Shown here piece after piece: positions 27,947-37,063 of a DNA stretch of 64,000 nucleotides. The notes under the pieces were generated by a model that made no database searches, was not told the origin of the DNA, and worked only from the letters and a program-made list of their open reading frames with translations. Location: positions 40,003 to 104,002 of the forward strand of contig CBFDDD010000001.1 in the NCBI GenBank assembly GCA_965603475.1, in the 5' to 3' direction. Within the stretch, counting starts at the first letter, position 1. Each line of letters starts with the position of its first letter. Source of the DNA: an uncultured Myxococcales bacterium (GTDB lineage Bacteria > Myxococcota_A > UBA9160 > UBA4427). A program made the position numbers and the translations under genes.

Positions 27947-27986
27947 GCTGTGCGCTCGAAGTCGGTTTTCGGCTCGGGCGCACAGC
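27947..27986 (+). terminator. GC-rich hairpin between rubrerythrin and the Fe-S gene (partial terminator or processing/attenuation site)
   Basis: GCTGTGCGC (27947-27955) pairs perfectly with GCGCACAGC (27978-27986) around a 22-nt loop. The following TGTCGTTTCG is only weakly U-rich. Confidence 0.35.
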
Positions 27987-28011
27987 TGTCGTTTCGAGGT
28001 AGGGGCAAGTC

Positions 28012-29280
28012 TTGAAGAACGCGAGCCTGAGGGACGCTGAATTTCTCGATCGAGAACATCTCGACGCAGAGCTCACGCGCGTTTTCGAGAAATGCCACGA
28101 CTGCCGTCGTTGTCTTCCGCTCTGTCCATCATTTCCGAGCCTCTTCGATGCGATTGATCGCCACGAACAAGAAGCCTCACTGCTCAGCACGAGCGAAACG
28201 CGCGAGGTCGTCGACCTCTGCTACCAGTGCAAGCTCTGTTTCAACCACTGCCCCTACCATCCGCCGCACGAGTGGGAAGTCGATTTTCCGAAGTTGATGA
28301 CGAGGGCCAAGCTCGTCTATGCGCAGGAGGAAGGAATTCCACTTTCGGAGCGAATTGGCGCGCAACAAGATCTCATGGGCAAGGTGTCCTGCCGAACGGC
28401 CTCGTTGACGAATGCAGCCTTCAAGAATCGGGCCGTCCGTCTGTTGATGGAGAAGACGACGGGCATCGATCGGCGATGGATCATGCCGACCTACGACAAA
28501 CAGCCTTTCTCCAGAGTGCTTGCTGCGGGCGCCGCCCGGTCTGAAGCCGCGTCGACCGAAGAACGCGGCCGCGTGATTCTATTCAGCACCTGCTTCGTCG
28601 AGTACAGCGAAGCGGAGACCGCGATCGCGGCCGTGCAAGTCCTCGAACACAACGGGATTCGAGTGGAGGCTGGCTATGACGCCTGCTGTGGAGCGCCCTT
28701 TCTTCACGGCGGAGATCTCGCGAGTGCGCGTCGGAATGCAGAAAAGGTGGTGGCCGCTCTGGCCCCGCGCATTCGGGATGGGCTCCAGGTGGTCGTTCCG
28801 GGGCCAACGTGTTCATATCAACTCAAGAACGAGTTTCCCGAGATGCTGGATACGGAAGAGGCCCGGTTGGTTGCCGACAACACGCTCGATCTCGGGGAAT
28901 ACGTGTTCAAGATTGCGGCTGCGAAACAGCTCGACCGGGACTTCAAGAAGAAACTGGGGCGTATCGCCTATCATCTGCCATGCCATCTCAAAGCACAGAA
29001 TATCGGGTTTCGCTCGAAACAGATCCTCGGGCTGATCGCCGATGAAGTCGTGATGATCGACGCCTGTTCGGGCGTCGACGGAACCTGGGGCATGAAGGCC
29101 CGTCACTACGAACAGAGTCTCAAGATCTGTTCGAATTTGACGAGTTCGATCAACGAAGCCGACCCGGATCATGTCGCAACGGACTGTCCGCTCTCGGCAC
29201 TCCGAATCAAGGAACAGACGGGTCGAGAGGCGGTTCATCCGATCGTGCTCTTGCGCGATGCGTATGGATTCGAGAACTGA
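28012..29280 (+). CDS. (Fe-S)-binding protein with two 4Fe-4S motifs and two CCG-type domains (HdrD/GlpC-like)
   Basis: CHDCRRCLPLCP and CYQCKLCFNHCPY are followed by DACCGAPF and PCHLKAQ ... IDACSGVDGTWG. TTG start. Confidence 0.8.
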   Translation: MKNASLRDAEFLDREHLDAELTRVFEKCHDCRRCLPLCPSFPSLFDAIDRHEQEASLLSTSETREVVDLCYQCKLCFNHCPYHPPHEWEVDFPKLMTRAKLVYAQEEGIPLSERIGAQQDLMGKVSCRTASLTNAAFKNRAVRLLMEKTTGIDRRWIMPTYDKQPFSRVLAAGAARSEAASTEERGRVILFSTCFVEYSEAETAIAAVQVLEHNGIRVEAGYDACCGAPFLHGGDLASARRNAEKVVAALAPRIRDGLQVVVPGPTCSYQLKNEFPEMLDTEEARLVADNTLDLGEYVFKIAAAKQLDRDFKKKLGRIAYHLPCHLKAQNIGFRSKQILGLIADEVVMIDACSGVDGTWGMKARHYEQSLKICSNLTSSINEADPDHVATDCPLSALRIKEQTGREAVHPIVLLRDAYGFEN

Positions 29281-29367
29281 TCGGGCCGATCGGCGGGCCG
29301 TTCACGCCAATTGAACTTCCCGATACTTCCTACACCTATTTTCTACATTTCGAACGAGGAGGCAGCC

Positions 29368-29943
29368 ATGCGAGGGGTCGAAGCGAGTGAGATTCTCGAC
29401 CTGACTTCATACGAGAAGATTCGCCCCGATTTCGTCACTCGGATGATCGAACTCAAGCGGCCGCGCCGCGTCCATGTCGGCGAGATCCTGTGCTTCATCT
29501 TCGAGAACCGTGAAACTGTGATCTTCCAGATCCAGGAGATGACGCGTGCAGAGCGCACCGTTTCAGAGGACGCGATCGCGGCCGAAGTGGCGGTCTACAA
29601 TGAACTCGTTCCAGGGGATCACGAACTCTCTGCGACGCTGATGATCGAAATTCCGAATCAGACGAGTATCCGCCCCCAGCTCGACCGTCTGATCGGCATC
29701 GATGAGCACGTGCATCTCGACATCGGCGACGAAACCATCCGAGCCACCTTTGACGAGAAGCAGTTTCAGGAAGATCGGGTTTCAGCCGTTCAATATATTC
29801 GTTTTCCTCTCGGAAGAGCGCTGGCGGCGAAGTTTTGCGAATCGAGCATCCCCGTCGTGCTTCGTGTGGACCATCCAAGCTATACGGGTCAGACTGTGAT
29901 CGAAGGTGAGGCGCGCGCTTCGCTCGCGGGAGATCTGGCTTAG
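29368..29943 (+). CDS. DUF3501 family protein
   Basis: About 190 aa with FIFENRETVIFQIQEMTRAER and AVYNELVPGDHELSATLMIEI, matching my memory of DUF3501, which typically accompanies the preceding Fe-S protein. GAGGAGG precedes ATG 29368. Confidence 0.6.
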   Translation: MRGVEASEILDLTSYEKIRPDFVTRMIELKRPRRVHVGEILCFIFENRETVIFQIQEMTRAERTVSEDAIAAEVAVYNELVPGDHELSATLMIEIPNQTSIRPQLDRLIGIDEHVHLDIGDETIRATFDEKQFQEDRVSAVQYIRFPLGRALAAKFCESSIPVVLRVDHPSYTGQTVIEGEARASLAGDLA

Positions 29944-29970
29944 CTGACCCACTGAAAGAGGAGACTCTCC

Positions 29971-31164
29971 ATGACTGCACTCGAAGGAATTCGAATTCTC
30001 GATCTGAGCCAATACGAAGCGGGTCCTTCGTGTACCCAGGCGCTCGCGTGGATGGGAGCCGATGTCGTCAAGGTCGAGTCGATCGGAGGCGGCGATCCCG
30101 GCCGGTCGCTCGCTGTCGGTGGTGATTACTCGCCCTATTTCTGCAACTGGAACGCGAACAAGCGAAGCATGGCGATCGATCTGCTCCAGTCGGAAGGGCG
30201 CGATGTCTTTCTGCGTCTGCTGCCGAAATACGACATCGTCATCGAGAATTTCGGTCCCGGCGTCATGGACAAATTCGATTTGAGCTACGAGACGCTCGAG
30301 TCGGTTCATCCGGAAGTGATCTTCGTGCAGATCAAGGGCTTTGGATCCAGCGGCCCCTATGCGGATTTCAAAGCCTATGACATGGTCGCCCAGGCGGCTT
30401 CGGGGGCGATGTCGGTCACCGGGGAAATGGGCGCACGGCCGTTGCTTCCGGGGCCGACGATGGGTGATTCGGGGACTGGAATGCAGGCGGGAATGGCGAT
30501 TTTGGCCGCCTATATCCAGCGCCTTCGAACCGGCCGGGGCCAGCGAATCGAGATCTCGATGCAAGAGGCGATGACCTACTACATGCGAACGCGAATCGCG
30601 TTGCTCGCGGACTGGGGCAAGCAGGCGGCGCCGCGAATCGGCAATCGCATGGGCGGGCGCCCGACGGATCTCTATCCGTGTCGCGGGGGTGGGCCGAATG
30701 ACTACGTCTATGTCATTACGGTCACGGCTCGGCATTGGGACTCCCTCTGCCTCGCGATCGATCGTCCCGATCTGATCGCCGACCCACGCTTCGATACCGG
30801 AGAACATCGCGAGGCCAACGGCGATGCACTCTTCGAGGAGATCGCAAGCTGGACGCGGCAGCAGGAGAAGCACGAGGCGATGCGCGTGCTGGGGGCTGCC
30901 GGCGTTCCATGCTCGGCCATCCTGGATACGCACGATCTCTATCATGATCCACATCTGCAAGGGCGCGGCTTCATCGAGAAGGTCGAGCATCGAGATCTGG
31001 GCGAAGTTCCGCTTCTCGGGTTCCCGCCGCGAATGTCTGAAAGCCCTGTCACGTTCGAGCGCGCGCCTTATTTCGGTGAGCACACCGATCAGATCCTGGC
31101 AGAGGATCTGGGACTCGACGACGAGTCGATCAAAAAGCTGCGCACGGCGAAGGTTCTCTCATAG
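29971..31164 (+). CDS. family III CoA-transferase (CaiB/BaiF; formyl-CoA-transferase-like N-terminus)
   Basis: LEGIRILDLSQYEAGPSCTQALAWMGADVVKVE, plus a 397-aa length. Confidence 0.85.
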   Translation: MTALEGIRILDLSQYEAGPSCTQALAWMGADVVKVESIGGGDPGRSLAVGGDYSPYFCNWNANKRSMAIDLLQSEGRDVFLRLLPKYDIVIENFGPGVMDKFDLSYETLESVHPEVIFVQIKGFGSSGPYADFKAYDMVAQAASGAMSVTGEMGARPLLPGPTMGDSGTGMQAGMAILAAYIQRLRTGRGQRIEISMQEAMTYYMRTRIALLADWGKQAAPRIGNRMGGRPTDLYPCRGGGPNDYVYVITVTARHWDSLCLAIDRPDLIADPRFDTGEHREANGDALFEEIASWTRQQEKHEAMRVLGAAGVPCSAILDTHDLYHDPHLQGRGFIEKVEHRDLGEVPLLGFPPRMSESPVTFERAPYFGEHTDQILAEDLGLDDESIKKLRTAKVLS

Positions 31165-31169
31165 CGCCT

Positions 31170-31196
31170 CCCCCGATCCCGTCGAACGATCGGGGG
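31170..31196 (+). terminator. hairpin after the CoA-transferase gene
   Basis: CCCCCGATC (31170-31178) pairs perfectly with GATCGGGGG (31188-31196) around a 9-nt loop, 6 nt after the stop codon. No U-tract follows. Confidence 0.35.
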
Positions 31197-31281
31197 CACT
31201 TGTCGTGAGCGATGCGCCTGTTCCGGGAGAGCCCTGCTATTGTGCTCTCTACGTCGCCCGGCGAACCCCCAGGAGATTCCC

Positions 31282-32094
31282 ATGACCAACCTCGAAGGAA
31301 AAACCGCCATCGTGACCGGGGCGTCGAGCGGTATCGGCCGCGCGACGGCCGAGACCCTCGGTGCGGCGGGTGCGCATGTCTTTCTCGGCGGACGAACCGC
31401 CGCCGCGATGGAAACTTCGAAAAAGAAGATCGAAGAAGCGGGCGGCAAGGCCAGCGTGGTGACGCTCGACGTGCGTGATATCGCCCAGGTTCAAGAACTG
31501 GTTGGAACTGCAGTCCGCGAGAGTGGTCGACTCGACATCATGGTGAACAATGCGGGCGTGTCATTTCCGGCACCGATCCTCGAGGCGGAGCCGGAGAACT
31601 GGCGGGCGATGCTCGAAACGAACATTCTCGGACTGCTCGTGGGATGTCAGGCGGCGGTCAAGGCGATGCGAGAATGTCATGCGGAAGGACATATCGTGAA
31701 CATCTCCTCGATCGCGGCCCAACGATCCGACAGCGGCGTCTACGGATCGACGAAACACGCCGTCAATGCAATCTCCTCGTCGCTTCGCGGCGAACTCGAA
31801 GAGGACACCATTCGGGTCGTCAACGTGATGCCGGGTGCGATCGCGACGAACTTCGCGCGAAACTTCGACCCTGCTTTCGTAGAGGGATTCGTGAAAATGG
31901 CGGGACTCGATGTCGACGTTCGACAGGGAGAACGTCTGCCAGATGAGGTTTTCGAGAAACTGTCGACACAGCTTCGAAATCTACTCGGAGACCCCGCCGA
32001 TGTCGCAAACGCGATTCTCTACGCCGTCACCCAGCCTATCCAGGTCGACATCGCTGACATTGTCGTCCGTCCCGCAAAACACATCGATCTCTGA
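31282..32094 (+). CDS. SDR-family oxidoreductase
   Basis: TAIVTGASSGIG (TGxxxGxG), NNAG and YGSTKHAV (YxxxK). AGGAGA precedes ATG 31282. Confidence 0.9.
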   Translation: MTNLEGKTAIVTGASSGIGRATAETLGAAGAHVFLGGRTAAAMETSKKKIEEAGGKASVVTLDVRDIAQVQELVGTAVRESGRLDIMVNNAGVSFPAPILEAEPENWRAMLETNILGLLVGCQAAVKAMRECHAEGHIVNISSIAAQRSDSGVYGSTKHAVNAISSSLRGELEEDTIRVVNVMPGAIATNFARNFDPAFVEGFVKMAGLDVDVRQGERLPDEVFEKLSTQLRNLLGDPADVANAILYAVTQPIQVDIADIVVRPAKHIDL

Positions 32095-32095
32095 C

Positions 32096-32647
32096 ATGCC
32101 GTTCATCCGCTTCTCATTTCTGATTGTCACAGGGCTGTTTTTTTCGGCCCAGCTTGCTTCCGGCGCCGGTGGTGGTGTCGACGGAGGCGGCGGGGGTGGA
32201 GACATGGTGCCCTCGCGCCAAACGAAGCTGACCGAGACTTTCCGCGATGGCGTCAACTTTCTGACGGAAGGCGAATGCAAGAGGGCCGAGAAGAAGTTTC
32301 GCGCTGTCCTGAAGAAGGTGCCGCGCAACTCCGAGGCGAACTACCTGCTCGGCATTTCCCTTCAATGTCAGCGCGACCACGAATCGGCGGTTCGTTACTT
32401 CAAGAGAGCCAAGCGCGACGACGCCCAGTTCTATCAGGCTTATGAAGCACTGGGAATTTCGTACCTCACACTCGAGAGACCCGACCTTGCGCAGAAGGAG
32501 CTTGCGACGCTGTATTATTTCAAGGGTCTCTGCCAGACGGGGAATCGAATCTGCCCGGAAAAGCTGTTGAAGTCGCATCGAAAGCTGCTGGCTGCGACCA
32601 AGAGGGTCGAAGGTCAACCGGTCGCTCCCGGCGGCGAAGATAAATGA
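32096..32647 (+). CDS. secreted TPR-repeat protein with glycine run
   Basis: Signal peptide MPFIRFSFLIVTGLFFSAQLASG, the run GAGGGVDGGGGGGD, then TPR-like SEANYLLGISLQCQRDHESAVRYFKRA. The ATG lies 1 nt after the SDR stop. Confidence 0.5.
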   Translation: MPFIRFSFLIVTGLFFSAQLASGAGGGVDGGGGGGDMVPSRQTKLTETFRDGVNFLTEGECKRAEKKFRAVLKKVPRNSEANYLLGISLQCQRDHESAVRYFKRAKRDDAQFYQAYEALGISYLTLERPDLAQKELATLYYFKGLCQTGNRICPEKLLKSHRKLLAATKRVEGQPVAPGGEDK

Positions 32648-32701
32648 GTCAAACTTTCTGAACAATCAAGCAATGTGCGCTCGGCGCCGGAGGACCGCTC
32701 C

Positions 32702-33664
32702 ATGACCCGTCTTGGCTACCAGATTCCGAACTACACCTACCCCGAAACCCGCAACGAGGAGATTTTCGGCAAGGTCGTCGCCCAGGCGAAGGCGGCCGAA
32801 GCGGCCGGCTACGACCGTGTGATGGTGATGGATCACTTCTATCAACTGCCGGGAATCGGACAACCGCATGAGCCGATGTTCGAGTGTTATTCGATGCTCT
32901 CCGCTCTGGCACAGCACACGGAAAAGGTCCGGCTTTCGGCGCTCGTCACGGGAAATACCTACCGGAATCCCGCGTTGCTCGCGAAGACAATCACGACGCT
33001 CGACCATGTCTCTCAGGGGCGAGCGACTCTCGGCATTGGTTGTGGCTGGTTCGAGGAAGAGCACACCGCTCTGGGCTTCGAGTTCGGGACTTTCGGAGAA
33101 CGCTTCGAGAAGCTCGACGAGGCGATGCAGATCATCGGTCCGATGCTTCGAACCGAGCCGGTGACCCTCAAGGGGAAGTACTACACGGCGTTGAACGCGG
33201 TGAACTCGCCCCCACCGGTCTCCGGGATTCCGATCATGATCGGCGGTGGCGGCGAGAAGAAGACGCTTCGGATGGTGGCTCAATATGCCGACGAATCGAA
33301 TCTCATCTGCGAGATTCCCGAGATCCCGCGCAAGCTCGAAGCCTTGGCCGAACATTGCGAGCGATTGGGTCGGGACCGATCCGAGATCAAGGTGACGAAG
33401 CTGATGATGATCGTGGTGGCCCCGACGATGGAGGAGGCCGAATCGGACCTCGATGCCATTGCCCAGGTCAAGGGTTGGAACGATGAAGTGAAGGGCATGA
33501 TTCGCCAGAGATTGATCTTCGGTGATGCGGATACAGTGGGTGAGATCCTCTCCGAAGCCATCGGACTGGGGCTCGACGGGATCACTGTTGATCTGCCGGT
33601 CAATGGCCACAACGTCGAGCGAATCGAGCTACTCGGGGAGATCTCGCTGAAGGCACTGGGTTAG
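32702..33664 (+). CDS. LLM-class oxidoreductase (F420-dependent-type subgroup likely)
   Basis: MTRLGYQIPNYTYP, AAGYDRVMVMDHFYQLP and RATLGIGCGWFEEEH. This pattern is typical of the LLM subgroup usually annotated as F420-dependent, but the cofactor cannot be proven from sequence alone. Confidence 0.75.
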   Translation: MTRLGYQIPNYTYPETRNEEIFGKVVAQAKAAEAAGYDRVMVMDHFYQLPGIGQPHEPMFECYSMLSALAQHTEKVRLSALVTGNTYRNPALLAKTITTLDHVSQGRATLGIGCGWFEEEHTALGFEFGTFGERFEKLDEAMQIIGPMLRTEPVTLKGKYYTALNAVNSPPPVSGIPIMIGGGGEKKTLRMVAQYADESNLICEIPEIPRKLEALAEHCERLGRDRSEIKVTKLMMIVVAPTMEEAESDLDAIAQVKGWNDEVKGMIRQRLIFGDADTVGEILSEAIGLGLDGITVDLPVNGHNVERIELLGEISLKALG

Positions 33665-33732
33665 TCGACGAGCCGGCTATCGGGCGTCATTTCACTGGTC
33701 GTCGTGCTTCCAGTGTAAAGGTCGCGGGGCTT

Positions 33733-34209
33733 ATGATGAGGAGTTGGGACGCCTTCGAAGCCGCTGCTCCGGAGTTTGCGGGGGCTGCACGTCGTGTTTT
33801 CGTCGGCTCCGATGGCGTCGCGATCGGCTTTCTCGCAACCGCCTCTCGCACCGGTACACCCCACCTCGCGCCTGTGTGTCCGATTTTCGCCGGCACGGAC
33901 TTGTATCTCAGTGCGGCGGCGAAAACGCCCAAGGTGCGAGACCTTCGCGCCAATCCTGTGTACCTACTGCATGCTTTCCTCGGACCGGGTGACGAAGAGT
34001 TCCAACTGCGAGGGACTGCCATCGAAGTGACATTCGCATCGGAACGCGAAATGGTTCACGGGGCGATCCGGTTTGGCTCATTCGACGCGACTCATCCAGT
34101 CTTCAGGCTCTGCATCGACGGCGCTCTATGGGTCTACTGGGAGAATGTGGGGCAGCCAGATACGAGAGCTGTGCGAAAGCGCTGGCCCCATTCCACGGGC
34201 ACCGTCTAG
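33733..34209 (+). CDS. pyridoxamine 5'-phosphate oxidase-like split-barrel flavin-binding protein
   Basis: A 158-aa protein. GFLATASRTGTPHLAPVCPIF and NPVYLLHAFLG resemble PNPOx-like family members. Weak, motif-level call. Confidence 0.5.
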   Translation: MMRSWDAFEAAAPEFAGAARRVFVGSDGVAIGFLATASRTGTPHLAPVCPIFAGTDLYLSAAAKTPKVRDLRANPVYLLHAFLGPGDEEFQLRGTAIEVTFASEREMVHGAIRFGSFDATHPVFRLCIDGALWVYWENVGQPDTRAVRKRWPHSTGTV

Positions 34210-35124
34210 TCAGCAGCCCTCTCGGTCATTCAGTCGCTCGACGAGAAGCTTCGTCACAGCGCGCACCCGCGGTACGTAGCGCATACTCTTCGCGCAGATC
34301 AGGTGGTACTCGCTCGGAGGAAGCGAGAATCCGAGGTCGATTTCGACGAGGTCGGCGGTCGCGATCGGATTGGCTGTGCTCTGTTTCTCGAGAACCATCA
34401 CACCCAATCCCGCGGCGAGGGCGCTCTTGAGGACGAGATAGTTGTCCGATGCGAAGGCGGGAGCGAAGTCGGGGATCGCTCGTTCGAGCATGGGTCGTGG
34501 GGCGACCTGTTCGTATGGAAAAGACCATGTGATCCAGTCGAGATCTTCGATGCGAAAAACGGGATTGACGCGGCCTGCCTTGGCGAGCCGATCGACCAGT
34601 CTCGCCTTGTACTGGGCAGTCGCGAAGACACCGATCTCGAACTTGGCGCTGTAGATCGTGGTGAGTTCGGGCTCGTGGGTTTCGCGTGTTCGAATCGCCA
34701 GCTCTGCGCCGCCGCGGCTGAGGTCGATGTAGTCGACGCTGGCGAGTACTTCGAGTCGAATCTCGGGGAGCTGCTCTCGGGCGCGCGCGGCCAGAGGCGC
34801 CAGGACTTCGACTGCGAGCCCGGGTGGCGCTGCGATTCGAACGGTTCCAGTCGGGCTTTCTTCGGCGCCCTGGGCCAGTCGCCCGAACTCGCCCGCCCAG
34901 CGCGCCATCTGTTCGGCAGCTGGAAGCAAGCGGGCGCCAGAATCGGTCAGGTCCGTGCCTCGTTTGCCACGGGTAAAGAGTTGGCAGCCCAGTCTGCTCT
35001 CGAGAGCGGCAATTCGACGTGAAATCGTCGGCTGGGCGACGCCGAGAAGCGCCGATGCTGCGCTGAAGCTGCGCTCCTCAGCGACTGCGAGAAAGGTCTG
35101 TGCGTCTTCCCAAGAAGTATTCAT
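34210..35124 (-). CDS. LysR-family transcriptional regulator
   Basis: N-terminal HTH (FLAVAEERSFSAASALLGVAQPTISRRIAALE) plus a LysR substrate-binding domain. It is divergent from the MBL hydrolase gene. Confidence 0.9.
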   Translation of the reverse strand: MNTSWEDAQTFLAVAEERSFSAASALLGVAQPTISRRIAALESRLGCQLFTRGKRGTDLTDSGARLLPAAEQMARWAGEFGRLAQGAEESPTGTVRIAAPPGLAVEVLAPLAARAREQLPEIRLEVLASVDYIDLSRGGAELAIRTRETHEPELTTIYSAKFEIGVFATAQYKARLVDRLAKAGRVNPVFRIEDLDWITWSFPYEQVAPRPMLERAIPDFAPAFASDNYLVLKSALAAGLGVMVLEKQSTANPIATADLVEIDLGFSLPPSEYHLICAKSMRYVPRVRAVTKLLVERLNDREGC

Positions 35125-35147
35125 AAATGCATAGTAACATACGAAAA

Positions 35148-35161
35148 ATCGATATTTCGAT
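35148..35161. promoter_or_regulatory. ATCGA-N4-TCGAT dyad in the LysR/MBL divergent region (candidate LysR T-N11-A-type site)
   Basis: ATCGATATTTCGAT lies in the AT-rich 117-bp gap between the divergent genes. Confidence 0.3.
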
Positions 35162-35241
35162 CAGTTTAGGGATAGACGATTCTCTGATCGAACCCAGAGT
35201 GCCTGGTATGCCGGCACTCACAAGTAATTTGGAGTCCTCTC

Positions 35242-36186
35242 ATGAGCATCATCAGACGCATTCGCCCGTTGGCGATCTTCCCGGCGCTTCTCTGGCTCGG
35301 CACTCTCGCCTGCGCCGCAAGTCAGCATACGACCCGTTCGGCCGACCTCGGCCGCGCAGCCGCTTCTCACGAAATGCTGGCGGTGATTTCGGATCCCGGG
35401 CCTGTCGAATTCGAGTCGCTGAAGGCCGCTGACTGGGTCGTTGCGCGAAGTGGATTGATCAATCTCGATCACCCGACAGCCAGGGCCGCCGGACTCGAAG
35501 ATGGTGACGAAGCGATCGGAATCTACTTCCACGTCCTGCGACATCCGCGCTTCGGAACGTTCATCGTCGATACGGGTGTCGAAAGTGGATTCCGCGACCC
35601 GGAAGGGAATCGTCGCGTCAGCTATCTCGTCGAGTCTGCGATGCGCACCTCGGATCTCGAGATTCACGTGACGACCCGAGAATGGTTGGCGACCGAAAGC
35701 GAGCCTCTCAGCGGCGTCTTTTTGACTCATCTGCATCTCGACCACGTGATGGGACTGCCCGATGTACCGCCGGACACGCCGGTCTATGCTGGACCCGGAG
35801 AGCCGAGCGCCTCCCAATTTCTGAACCTTTTCAGCCGTGGAACGATCGATCGCATGCTCGAAGATTCGGGACCGATTCAAGAGTGGTCCTATGCTGGCGA
35901 TCCGGATGGGCGATTCATGGGGGTCGTCGACATATTCGGCGATGCCAGCGTCTGGGCCATTCACTCGCCCGGCCATTCCCCGGGCAGCACCGCCTATCTG
36001 ATTCGTACGCCGGAGGGGTCGAAGCTGCTCGTAGGCGACGCGTCGCATACGCGCTGGGGCTGGGAAAACGGCGTCGAACCCGGGACGTTTTCGCTCGACG
36101 GTCCCCGAAGTGCCGAGAGCCTTGCCGCCCTGCGTGAACTCGCACGTGAATTTCCTGAGATGGATGTCTATCTCGGACACCAGTAA
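35242..36186 (+). CDS. secreted metallo-beta-lactamase-fold hydrolase
   Basis: Signal peptide (AIFPALLWLGTLACAAS), HxHxDH motif (THLHLDHVMG), and later SPGHSPGS and GDASH. Confidence 0.8.
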   Translation: MSIIRRIRPLAIFPALLWLGTLACAASQHTTRSADLGRAAASHEMLAVISDPGPVEFESLKAADWVVARSGLINLDHPTARAAGLEDGDEAIGIYFHVLRHPRFGTFIVDTGVESGFRDPEGNRRVSYLVESAMRTSDLEIHVTTREWLATESEPLSGVFLTHLHLDHVMGLPDVPPDTPVYAGPGEPSASQFLNLFSRGTIDRMLEDSGPIQEWSYAGDPDGRFMGVVDIFGDASVWAIHSPGHSPGSTAYLIRTPEGSKLLVGDASHTRWGWENGVEPGTFSLDGPRSAESLAALRELAREFPEMDVYLGHQ

Positions 36187-36287
36187 TTTCGAGGGGCTAG
36201 AATCGGATGAGACCCCTCGGCGTCCGAACGTGCTAGATCTAGACGCCTCTAAAAGTCCAAAAAGCAGAAAGACAGGGGAGACTCGCC

Positions 36288-36593
36288 ATGATCATCGTGC
36301 TCGCAGAGGTCGAAAGTTCGCTCGAATCCATCGAGACCCTTCGAGGAGCCCTCATAGAAATGCAGAAGGCGAGCCGCGCCGAGGCCGGTTGTCACGACTA
36401 CACCTTCTTGCAGGAAGTCGGCGATCCAGGTCGTCTCCGGATCGTGGAACTCTGGGAATCGATGGACGCCCTCCGCGCCCATTTTGCGATGCCGCATATG
36501 GCGAAGTTCAGGGAGGCACTCAGCGCTGCACCCCCGAAGTCGATGTCGGTGAAGCTCCATGAGCTGGGCAAGCAACTCGAGATGCCGAGCTGA
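36288..36593 (+). CDS. antibiotic-biosynthesis-monooxygenase (ABM) domain protein
   Basis: A 101-aa ferredoxin-like protein: MIIVLAEVE ... EAGCHDYTFLQE ... IVELWESMDALRAHF. Confidence 0.7.
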   Translation: MIIVLAEVESSLESIETLRGALIEMQKASRAEAGCHDYTFLQEVGDPGRLRIVELWESMDALRAHFAMPHMAKFREALSAAPPKSMSVKLHELGKQLEMPS

Positions 36594-36597
36594 TCAA

Positions 36598-37044
36598 ATG
36601 GTGGAGGACGAGCGGCCCCTCGATCGAGCCTATGGAGACGGGGACGCGACCTACCAGGCTTGTGGTGGAGAAACAGGCATCCGGCAGTTGGTCGAAACCT
36701 TCTATGGGGTGATGGATACACTTCCGGCGGCCCGCAGGATTCGGGCAATGCATCCGAGCGATCTTCAGCTCTCGATCGACAAGCTCGTGTGTTTCCTGTG
36801 TGGCTGGACGGGCGGGCCGAAGCATTATGCCGAGCGGTTCGGACCGATTCAGATTCCGAGGGTGCACAGCCATCTTCCGGTCGGCGAGGTCGAGCGTGAC
36901 GCGTGGCTCCTGTGCATGGAGCACGCTCTCGCCGAGCAACCCTTTCGTGACGATCTCAAACGCTATTTGCTCGAACAGCTCTTCGTTCCAGCAGAGCGAA
37001 TTCGCAGAGTCGTGGAGGCGCGCGAGGCCGAACGGACGGGATAG
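36598..37044 (+). CDS. truncated haemoglobin (group II/III-type globin)
   Basis: GGETGIRQLVETFYGVMD, then RFGPIQIPRVHSHLPVG (proximal His region) and ERDAWLLCMEHAL. ATG lies 4 nt after the ABM stop. Confidence 0.65.
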   Translation: MVEDERPLDRAYGDGDATYQACGGETGIRQLVETFYGVMDTLPAARRIRAMHPSDLQLSIDKLVCFLCGWTGGPKHYAERFGPIQIPRVHSHLPVGEVERDAWLLCMEHALAEQPFRDDLKRYLLEQLFVPAERIRRVVEAREAERTG

Positions 37045-37063
37045 TTGCTGATCGGGGGGGCCG

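Noticed and set aside
32702-33664. Claiming F420 dependence (and hence an F420-producing host) from the LLM and PNPOx-like genes.
   Set aside because: Cofactor specificity cannot be read reliably from these motifs by eye, and no F420 biosynthesis genes (cofC/D/E/G/H or fbiC) are in the window. I kept the generic family calls.
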